Virus record (IMG/VR): IMGVR_UViG_3300020378_001929
Location: 1 to 64,000 of that record
Strand: one strand, 5' to 3'
Source: a virus
DNA: 64,000 nt
The notes under the pieces were generated by a model that was not told the DNA's origin, made no database searches, and saw only the letters and a list, made by a program, of their open reading frames with translations. Shown here one piece after another: positions 44,987-56,900 of this stretch. Each line of letters opens with the position of its first letter. The first letter of the stretch is position 1. Position numbers and translations under genes: made by a program.

Positions 44987-47900
44987 TTAATCATCTTGCT
45001 CACCAGGATCTGGAAACGTCCCAAATGGCGAAGCTGAATTTTCGTCATCACAATTTGAGATATTTGCATTGGATGGAGCATCTTGTTGTTCATCAAGAGT
45101 GCAGGATCTGAATCTTTTATCTCCAGCAAGCTCTGGAGTTGATAGTGCCAAAACAGTAAATGGAGTCAAGCTATGTCCATATCTTTGTAGGTTCCATGGT
45201 GAGTTTTCTGACGGCCATGATTCTTCGACGTCGCGACAAGGGATTGATAAACTGAAGTTTCCATCTACAATCGATACAGGTCCCTTTATAATATATCCCG
45301 TAAGACGTTCAATGGCGCGACCGAGAGGCTTATAATCAAAACTGGAGAATAATTTTGCTACCCCATATGGCACATCTACTATTGGTCCTACCAATATTGA
45401 AGAGTATTTGCCGTCTTTCGTTCCGGATCTGGGCGCTGTTCCGTGGAGACCGGCTGTCATGTTTCGCCGGCGAACGGTTGGTCCATATTGCAAACCTTCC
45501 ATCGTTAACTTATTTATATCGCAATTGTTGTAGTGACCTTTCATTTCTTTGTAAGCAGGATCAACAACGTTTGCAATTCCCCTAAAAAACAGAGACGGGA
45601 ACTGCAGGAATAACTGCTTAAGCAGTTCTTTAAACTGTTTTGTAAAATCTGCAGGAAAAGGAAAATCAAAACAATCTATCGCGTTTAGGTCCGATGAGTT
45701 GCTATTCATTATCTGTTTTAAGAACTCGGCTTTGCTTAGATTGTTAACTGCCTCTATCCCTTGTTTTTGGTTTATTCCAGCGATGCTCAATAAAGCCGCG
45801 AGACTTGCTTTTGGAGTATCAATAAAATTCGACAAATCACCGTAACTGGAAAACGCGGAAGTTATAAACGCTGTGGAGACGGCTTGGTATCTCTTTACCG
45901 GATATATGTATTGAAACAATTGTTTCGCTTCCGGTGATTCGATTAGTTGCTCTGTCATCCAGGGCTGAAGGCGTTTATAACTTTCCCTGAAGGCGTTTAA
46001 ATCTATGCAGTCATTCACTCCCTCGCCAAAATCACTGATTACTTTTTTATATTCTGCAATTGGTACTGAAAAATACTTGTTTTGTTCCCCTTCCATCAGA
46101 AAACTTCTATATTCTTCTGACACTTCTTGGATTGGACTTTCTTTATCTAGTAAAAATCTATTGTATCTACCTTCTTCACTGTCGTCATCTGCTGACAAAT
46201 GTAAAACACTATTAGAGACTAGTCTTGCTATTTGCGTGAGCTTAGAAGATCCCATAATATCTTTTACAACTTGACTATTTATAATCCCAATTGATACAAA
46301 ATTATCTCCAAATAGTCGGTTATTGATACCTGTGTAACCTTCAAATGCTGTTGTCCAGTCTTCTTTTAATTTTCTTACAGTCGCAGCATGATTTCGAAGA
46401 ACGTTGTCTTTGGTCCGGACCAGATTTGATATGTCATTACAATATATCCTAGGCATTAGATAGTTGTAATAATCTTTTATCGTTTCGAAGCTTCGTACTC
46501 GGAGAGTCTCATTTCGTCGGATTCTGTCGTTTAGAAACTTCAACTTTGCAGCGTCATTGATTCCAACATTAAAAATATTTTCGAACATGCGCTCGTCAAA
46601 GAAGATCAAATAATCTTCTACTTTCCCGTTCCAAATTCTGTAGTTTCTTGGAGATACAAAAGAGAAAGGTCCAGTACTTTTAGCTATCTTAGATATGGTG
46701 GTAGAATTTCCGAGAGGTCCTATTCCCAGGTCTGATTCTTCTAATTCCCTTCTGGAATCTATCATCAACCCTTCTATGTGATATGAACTAAGAGCATCTC
46801 TGAATAATGCACTGTATATTTCCGGGATGTCTTCTCTTCCCCAAAAGTCGGGATTTAATAACTTATCCAATATAAGATTGTTGTATTGTCCTTGCCGTGG
46901 GGCATTTGCATTTCCTAACTCATAATTTGGATCATAAAATTCATGATAAAATTCATTTGCTTGTTCAATGATAAAGTCTAGTGAAGTAGGGACCCTATCC
47001 AGCGTGTTTCGATCTAGTAAATTCTCGTTATTCAGGTACTCACTTTTTAACCTGTTCCAATATTCAAGCGGTGAACGTCCGTCTTCCCTGACTCCGGTGA
47101 CCATATTCCGGCGGTTTTCTCCTAAAGTAACAATGGAGTCCAAATTCGATGCCGCGCGTACGCCGTGACGTCGAGAGAAATATCCACCGGACGGAGCGAC
47201 CCATTTAGCGGGGCGCCCGCCTGAATTGTTGTACCTAAACAGAAAATCTGTAGAGGGGAATTCTTGGACGGCGCGCGCAAAGGATATTTCTGGCTTTCTG
47301 CAAACTAAGGCGGCGATGAACCAAAGGCATGCTGCTGCCCAGTCTGCCTGGTAACTGTCGCCTGACCGATTATAATCATTTCTTGTAAAAGATCTGTCAC
47401 GGTTTGGTATAAACAGTGTCCCACCCTCACGGTAAGGCTCGTCCGCGGTGATTCGTCGATTGAAGCTTCCGCCGGAGAAACCTGCTACTTGACTCGAAAA
47501 ATTATAAGACGACACCATCCAAAGCAGTCCCAGTAGCTGCTGAGGAGAATAAGGATCTGCAGGCCCTGCATACTCTTTAAGATACCTAATAAATCGCTTA
47601 ACTACAGAAAGGCGATAGGGCGCCTCGATGCGGTGTGAATTATCTCTTGTTGCCTCGGATTTTAAAGTAAAAGATGACTGGTATATTGCTAAATCACAAA
47701 GTCTCGTGACAAAATGGTCTACGAAATCTATAGCTTCCAAAAGCAATTCGACGTTGATGTTGAGTCCTTGATAATTATTTTTAAATACCTGTACACCTTC
47801 AAAATTAAAGCTTGGCCAATAATTTTCATTCTCGTATGTATCTGGGTTAATATTTTCATAAAATAGCGCATTATTCTCTGGGTCTTTTTTCAATATACTT

Positions 47901-50900
47901 AATATAGTGTTTGTGTTTTGAGTGTTGTAAAAGCCATCCATATCAAATAAAATATCTGGGGCTCCTTGAATTAATGGTCCGCCGCGGTTTGTTATACCAA
48001 GAGGCTCTCCATCTGGAAAGTGCGAGTCGATTAACACTCTTTGTACACATGATTTTATAAAGTTTGAAAGATCTACAAGACTAAAGGTATTATCTGCATA
48101 AAACAGTGAAGCTCCGGCGTTCTTAAAATTGAAAGTCTCTAGGGTATTATAATTAACCAAAGACTCTCCTAGCCCGTCTGATATTAGCCCTTCTTGTTGC
48201 GATGGAGTAAAATGATCTGTTCCGAAGTAGTTCCAATTTCTTAAGTCAGTCACTTGTAATGGTTGATAGGTTTCTGCTCCATTTGAAAGATACGGATTTC
48301 CTTCTGTCGCAATTGAGCTAATATCGTTTTCTACCCCAGGACGAAGAGTCACAAAGCCTGGTTGCCTGTGTATCTCATCAAAATTATTTCCGCTCTTAAA
48401 CCCGTCGACACCTTGGGTGCCACTATCGTACGAGCCTCTATTTTTCCGAGGGAGAGTCGCAGATGCCCATCTGGTGAATGCGTATCCATATCGAGTTGCG
48501 ACGGTGTCATAAGTTGGGTCATTGCGATTGGCACTGCCGCCGATTCGGTGAACATTTTCATGAAAATAATAACTTGTTGACAGCGGGTATTTTTGAGTAC
48601 TACCGCCTGCCATTGGGCGAGGAGAGGTGCGAGAGAGGTGTCCCCAAAGTGTGTTTCTTTGTCTGCCTTTCAAGTACCAATTAAAAATATTAGACAAGTT
48701 GTGAATCACTCTTAGCGTTCCAACCTTAGACCTGGATTGTCCTCTAAAGATCCCTTCTTCGCGGGTCGCATAAAACAGGTTTACAGACTGCATATGATGT
48801 CTATAGTCTCTTCTTGTGTCTTCAAAGTATTTCTCTTTTGACGAAAATGATGACTGCGGAGTAAAAACTGGTCCTAGCTGAAAGTCTGCTTCGCGAGTTA
48901 AAAGCTGCCCTCTATCAAGAAATAAATCATCTAGTTCTTGTACTGAGTTATAAGATGCTTTTTTTGTCTCGTTTTCAAAAACTCTAGAATAAATCCTTTC
49001 TATCGATGAGTAGTAAGAGCTTCCACCTAATTCATAATTTGATTCGTTTCGTACTCCAGAACCGTGAGATCGCGTGAAATCTGTTGAGAATTCTGGGACG
49101 TCCCCGTAAAGTTCTTTAAGCCTTTCCATATTTTCTGTCTCGCCAACAACCAGTCTTCTAGATCTTGCCCTTTGTATAAAATACACGTACTCATTGACGA
49201 TCTCTCTCAATGCTTCGTGAAGTTTTTCCATATTTTCAGTGAAGCCATCACCGGGCAACTTGTTTATGTTCCTTATGTACTCCGGTGGTACCACCTTGCA
49301 ATAGACTCTTTCTGGAAGGTTGTCTCCTGTGAATATCTTAGTTATGAGGACGCGTATCGGGATCTTGTACATGTTTGGGGGTAACAAGTCTTCTCCAGAA
49401 GGAGGGATCCCGCTTTCTATATCAGACACTGAATGGTTAATCACCAATCTCTTAGACTGCTGCCTTGCCTCCTCTATTTCTTCTCCATCGAGTCTATCTA
49501 AATTTAGAAAACTAGCGTTGAGAGACGACTGTTTTTCATCAATTAACCAAAACTTTGTCATCTCCCTATTTGTATGAGGGTCAATCCCCATGGGGCGGGC
49601 AAGATAAACATCAGCCGGACCTTCTTGATCTGACTCTCTAAGGTAAAAAACTCTTCCATATTGAGTTAGTTTAGGATCAGCTGTTCCCTTATTTTGGTCC
49701 AAGAAAGCGTTTCGGAACGCTCCAGGCTGATACAAACTATCAATGACTGTCTCCAGGTTATCAAAAGAGTTTTTTAATCTAGGAGACAAATTTGGATCAA
49801 AGTTTAAAACTGCAGGGTCGAAAGTTTCGCCTATCGTAAACGATCCGTGCAAGCCAGCTATTATTGAAGCCGAGTCACTAAACTCAAATACTGTCTCTAC
49901 CCAGGTCTCTTCTTGTCCGTTTTCAAACCTATCTTTTATCCTTTCGAACTCAGTTTCGTTTTCAACAATGCCGATTGGATTTTCAAATATAACAGTTGGG
50001 ACTGAATCCGACCTGTATTTATGAGTCAAAATATCATTACTTTGTCTCTCAGGGGTTTCTTCGATATCCTCGATGGACATCCCTCTGCCATAGTCATAGC
50101 GGCTTTGCATGTTTGTTGCGGCGATAGCTCTAGGTTGCAATGGCTTCTCTTGGGGGTCATCGTCAAGATAAGTAGTTGTAGTTGGCAAACTAAAATTGGG
50201 TTGTTCACCTGATGTGTTTGAGACTCCTATCCTTGAAAAATCTAAAACTTTGTCCATAAATCGACCATCATTTGGAGCTTGATATACATTATATCCCTGG
50301 CTTTCTAGCCATAAAAAGTCCTCTCCATTAGATGGAAGCACATAATACTTGTTTTCGTCTTCTCTTGTTTTCGCGATGTAGTTGGTAAAATTGTTGTAAT
50401 ATGAATTAACAAGCGACCCGTTTGGTTCAAAAAACTCATCAGCATAGCCCAAGTCATTTGCAAAATCTTGAAAATTAATTACTGAGTCTGCGTACACCTT
50501 TCCATTTAGCAAGGTGGAATTGTTGTGAGAAACTATATCTTGTGTAAATTTTATTATTCTTCTCTTTTTCGTTATAAAGCGTGTTGGTGTTCGGCGTATT
50601 GTTTCAGGAAAACCTTCTGCTTCCTCAAGCTGAGTGTTTTTTAATTCACCTCCTGGAGCGTCGGGATCTTCGTCATAGTGCATTAATCCTCGATAGTGTA
50701 ATGCGATCTTTTTAAGATCATCTGAGTTTAGAGAACCGTTGAGACCATCTATAAAGTCGTCGATATGGTATATCTCATGCTCAGTGTTTAAATCTGAAGA
50801 CGATTCAGCACTGGCTCCAAGAGCGAATGGGTTATCTTCATCTCGGGGTGGGATTTCAGGTCGCACTGTAAAGGTGTAATCAAGAGGATTCACTGGGTCT

Positions 50901-53900
50901 AGGTTTGTTCTGTTAAACGCATCTCCGATGTTTAGCAAATCTTCAAATCGAGTTGAATTATTCGCGGTGCGAGCAAGTACGGATCGGTTTATTGCAAGGT
51001 CAGCCGAAGCATTAACTATTCCCGACACCAGGGCGCCGCCCGGAAGAATTAGGTTCTCTATTCTAGCTAGTGGTCCTTCAGCTTCAATGCAGTGTTCGAT
51101 GTGGAAGAATGGGTGATTTCCATTCAGGAGATTCTGTGCGTAAGTTGCTGGGTCTCTGACCGTACTATAATCATCTTCCTCTGTTATAATTTGTGAAGTT
51201 TCCAACAAGGGGTGGCGCCAGTATATTTTATCCGTCGCGATTCTTGCGTCTTCGGCAACGTTCGCCTCTTCTATTCGAGTAGTGCCATCAGGATCAAGGA
51301 TAACCCGGGTACCAACAGTTCTTATATTATAGGGATTGCTATCGCCGGCGACGGATGCAATAAACCTAGAAACCTCGACTTGAGGGATGAAATATTTTAT
51401 AAACCAATTATAATAGTCTGCGCGAGTCTCGTTTTGATATATCTTTTTTGATATTCCCTGAACCTTTAACATCTGCTTTTGCACGATGTCTTTTAGTGCA
51501 AACAGAGGTTGATTTATCCCTGTTATTCTTGAGGCTGTAGATTTCCAATCTTTGCTTAGAGAAGGGTGTCTATTTATTTCTTTTTCTACGAACCGAAAAA
51601 AGAAGTCCTTAGTAAAAGGTTCGTCAGCGATGCTCTCCATGTCCCACACTGAGTATGCCACTGCTCCCTTGAGCACTAACTCAACTATACATATCCTTAT
51701 GAATCCTATCAAGCAAACGTTTTGCACCGCTTTTTGTATAGGTCCTATATCATCGAAGTCTATGTTATATGGATCATTTTCTGGTTTTGCTAATTCTCTA
51801 TTTATTTGATTATCTAGCTCGTCTGTTACTATTTTTTCAAAAGCCAAAATTCCAAATTGAGAGATGTTGTATCTATTTCTATAACACTGGGATCCATCGG
51901 CTAGTATGTCCACATGAGCGTCGCCTGAGACTCGCGCGTTTAAACCAGGGTAGTATCCCTCTTCATCAAAGAGTCTAGAATTACTCAAAGAAAAGAATAT
52001 TTGTTCAAAAATTCCTTCGGAAAATCTCTTGCTTTCCGTCTCATAAACATGGTTTGATAGAAAATTATCCAAATATCCATTTAATATCTCTCTTTTTTCT
52101 AAGTGCCGCTGCTCACCTCGATTGACACCCTGGTAAGGTCCATATATTTTTTCTACCTTTCTTTTTACATTTTTCCACAGTGTGCGAGCATACAATTCTT
52201 TCCTAGTATAAATGCCAGGTGGTATATCTGATAAGCCAGATTCGTAAATTTCTTGATTTTGTCTCTGTTCTTCTGTTAAGGTTTCGACATCTAAACCCGG
52301 TCCAGGGATCTTGTCACAATACTCAAACGTCTGTTCTCTTTCAAATAACCCACCGGGAGTAATAACTATAGTATATGGATCAAATTTATTTGTAGCAGAA
52401 GTACTCTTAAACTCGTTGAGGCTTACAGAAGTGGAAATTCCTCTTTGTGGCATCCTCAAGGTCAGCACTTCTCTACTTGTATCAGCATTGTTAGAGACTC
52501 TATTTACCGTAACAACTTCTTGACCCAAAGAAGATGGGGAGTTTGCTGTTGACCTCTCTCTCTGATTTTCGAATGAGGCATTCAAGACATCCTTTATTTG
52601 TTTTAAATAAGTTCTTCCGCTTATTGGTCTTGAGATGCTTTCTACCTTAGATTGTAGGCTAGCTTGCAAAAAAGCAATTCTAGATTGTATTCTGTCATTT
52701 ATAAATGCAAGTCTGGCTCCGGCGGCATCGATACCGTTGCCTTCAGAGTACTCTGATAGCTTATATGCCGGCACAAAAGAAAAATCTTTTAAATGCGAGT
52801 TTTCGGATCCGAGACTTCTTTTCATGGTATTAAGAGATATTACGCCTGTTTCGCGCAGATCTTCTGGGAAATTTTCAACTCCTGAGTCTTCAGACTCATA
52901 GTAAAACAGATTCTCGCTAAAACCTACTGGCTTTAAAAAAATCATAGATGGATCAATGCTAGACAGTTGTCGAGAGTTCTCTATTGCGACAAAGTTAGAC
53001 GCTATTCCAGATCCGGGGGGCTTGGTTACGCTTCCAAAGAAGGGTGGGACGTAATAGGCCGGATATGTTGCTCCTTGTATTTTTCTCACTTCATACACTT
53101 GATATAACGCATTAAGTTGCGCCGTCAGCTTTTCTAAAACAGTGCCATCGGCAAACTCGCCTATCATTGCATATATTTTTAAATTTTGCAGTATTGTCTG
53201 AGCTTCAATAACTGAACGTTCATCATATTCTGGATCTCCGGGGACTGGCATACGAGTGTCCTGAATGTATAAAGAAGGTCCAAAATTCATCAACGAACTC
53301 ACGTAGCTGACATGAGCAGGGGTAAATATCGATTTTGCTGTTTCCACAACCTGTGATGACAGCGCTGGAGGAAGATTGTTCATTAGCGCATCAGGGTTTC
53401 CAAAGTCTAAAATTTTAGGAAGAACCCCGTTTAGCCCCTCTCTCCCCAGGACCTCAAGAGCCTTAGCGTGGTCAATTAGATTCTTGTTGGCTAAGTCTAC
53501 GGCTCTCTCTATCTCTTCGTCGGAAGCTTCGTTTGCCAGCATTTGTCTTCTGATTTGTGAAAGCAAGTCCGATGTTTCTTCGCAAGAAGAAGATCTAATA
53601 GTCGTAGTAGACCTATTTAGGTTTTCACAAAACTCTTCAGGAAGGAACAAGGAAATTGTTTGAAAAAATTGCCTTAAAGCATCCTCAGTGTCAACTTCTT
53701 GGATCCCCAACCTTGCAGCCAAAGATAATATCATGTTCATTGTCGGCGCGTCAATTGGTCCGCCTTGTAGAATGCGACAGAATTCTTCACCAGTCAAGAA
53801 GAGTCCCATCTCGTCTATAAGTTGCTTTGATTTTTCAACATTATCTGAACTTAGAGATAAATCCATCATCCCTTCAACTAATGCCTTCTTTATATCTCCA

Positions 53901-56900
53901 GTCGCCTCAGATGCCGATCCATAGAGTTGGTCTCTAAGTTGTTCTTCACAAAAAGGAAAATTAAGTATGTCGATCAGGGCTTTAGCGAAAGCGCACAAAA
54001 ATTGCGTGAGTATTTTCATGAAAATTTCTTTTAAATTCTCGATCATATCCATCCACCAACCAAAGATCCGGATATCAATTGGGATATCAAAATTAAGATC
54101 TGGGATAGTAAAATTAAAGTTTGGCAACTTTAAGCATTTAACTAGATCACATAAAAGATTAAAAGGATTGATTCTATTGCCAAACGTTTCAAAAAATTGT
54201 TTTATCGTTATACATTGTTTACCGTATACCGCCAGATACTCGTCAACACCGAATTTAACATCAAGTTGAGAATCTAAATTGTTCAGTTTTTTGAACTCTT
54301 TCCATCTTTCGATTGGGTTTTCTATATTATTGGTGACCCATCTATTAATTGGATTAAATTCTCCATCTGATGTTCCGGAGACACCTACCGTATGTTTAAC
54401 AATGTAAGCCAACCCAGGCTTACCAAATCCGATGTCTTCACATGCTGGAAGGTTTGAAAAAATATTTCCAGCTGCCATTGAATCAACCTGTGCCAGATAT
54501 CCGACTGTTCTTGAGTTTTTCAACGAAGGAACGCTTTGAACCAACTTTTTTGTTGAGACTTTCTTTCCGCCGAAAGATGCAGATATAATCTTTAGACCCT
54601 TATTATCTTTTGACGTACCGAACCGAAAATGTATACTAGAAGTCGTACCCAAAAATCCAGACATCGACATGTTGCCGGAGGTGTCGGAGCCGAAATCAAA
54701 TGATGATGAGGCTGCACCGGTGTTCGTCTGCTTTGTTATAAAAGATCTTAGTTCAGGTATGATTGCCCTGAGTCTGGATGCTTCTGTGTTCCCGTTGAAA
54801 TTTATTGGTGTTATGGACACTCCATCATCTTGAGCATTTTTAAAGGCTTTTTGTAATTTTTCCGCCGCTTGTTCAATGTCACTTGTTAGGTCATCCCAAG
54901 TTATTTTTAACTCTGATAGGTCTGATAGTTTAGGGTTTGAGACTCCGGCGATCTCATTCCTAGCAAAGACTCCGTCTTGACCGGAGTCCATCAACTCAGT
55001 AAGGGTATTTATTGCTTGTGTTGTTGATGCGTAAGATCCGTCGCCTCCAAAGTTTATCTCAGCGTTTCCAAAAACCCCTAGGTCAACTGTTGTTCTTTCT
55101 AATTTATTCTTGTTATTGTATTCTTCTATTACACTCTCTCTTATGGATCGAGCGATTTCTCGTTTTCTTCTCGCTGCGAGGGCTCGATATTCTTGGTATC
55201 TCCTCTCTTGCTGCTCTTTGCTAAGTTGCTCACCCTCACAAGAAATTTTTGAATTTATTGAGTCCCTTAGAGATGAGTCTTGTTCATTTAAGTTGTTCGA
55301 TGTTTCAGCTTCAGATAACAATTCTGCTGTGGCTTCATTGGTAGGAACAAAGGTGCCTGTTGTTATCAGATCTAGTTTCTGCCTATTTATAATAAACTTT
55401 GCTCTATAGAAATCACCCGGGCGCAACGAGGGAGTACGAAACTCTACAAACTTTATTAGTGGCGGACCAAACTCTTCTCTTTCTATGATTTTATAATTTT
55501 GTGCGCGCAGGAATAAGTTAACAGAAAGATTTTCATCTTGAATTTTGGTGTCTGTAGTTAAAGCAAAGTGTGTTTGTGGACCATATGAGCCGTCATGATT
55601 CGGTGGTTCTGGAAATGTATTCGGACCGTAGATTTGCGAGAAATTTGCAGACTCAGGATTAAGAATCCAAACGTCGGGTTTATTGTAAAACTGCAGAACT
55701 TGAGTTAGTGCTAGGTCTTCTAATTCTGATACTATCGAAGTGTAATTTTCTAGCTCTTCCTCAGTTGGGTCGGCACCAAGTACAGGTGGCAATTCTTGAA
55801 GGGTGTAGTTGGTCTTATAAAAGTATCCTATTCTTCTTAAGTCCACCTCAAATGGATCTGGGTCTATTAGGGGATCTGGTTCGAAAGCTCTGTGAAGAGC
55901 ATCAGTATAATCGGAATCAGTCATCAGAGTAGACTCTTGGGGACGAGGATCAACTCGGCTTACCTCTACAAAAGCATCATAAAGCGGACTCTGAGTATCC
56001 TCTGGTATTATTCTATATTTTAAGGCTCCGAAATAAGACGACCTTATAACATACTCTTCATTGGCTTCGGTTTCTGAAAAATTTACTTCTTCTCTTGAGG
56101 AGACCTGCTCCTTGTATCTCTCTAGAAATTGACTCCCTTTGAAACTATCCCCCCTATAATCTGGTCGTTCTCTATGGATATATATTCTCGGCTCAAGCAA
56201 ATCTGGTGTGTGTGGATCAACCTTTTGGGCTAAGAGACCTCTCATAAAAGAGTCCCACAATCCCCACAACACAATATCGTAGGCACCTTCTTGGTCTGAA
56301 AAAACTCTAGGATCGTGATGGTATGCCCTGTTTCCAACTCTTGTTCTAGGTCTCCAGCCGTGGAGAACCGCTAAAGTTGCCTCTCCTAAAGTACCAAACT
56401 CCAAGTCGAACATCCGGACTATTAAATTTATTTGAGTTGATATATATTCACTGTTCAAATACTCGTCAACGCGATGAGCACCTTCGGCAGGGAGTCTTGG
56501 GATTTGACCAAATGCTGTCAAGCCTATAGCAAAACTATTCTCATCTTGTGAACCAGCTCGGAAATCACGAAGCTCTGATGCGAACGAGCGCTCTTTAACT
56601 TTGTTTAATTCTTCAAAAGTTTGGTTTACGGAAAATTTTGTAAACAAATAGCAAAGTATGTAAAACTGATTATCTAATTGAAACTTGGTTAGATGGGTTC
56701 TCATATTTTCATCGAAAGTTGCCGCTTCGATTTGTGAGAGCTTTGTTCCCTCTATACAATCAAACCACCCATCTGTTGAATCTAGATCTGAACTTCTGTC
56801 ATTTTCATCTATGAGCGACTCATAAGGCACTATGGAGCCAAGTGCCTTTTTAACAATTAAAATATCCCTACCAATGTCACCAACTTTTCGTGGACCAAAG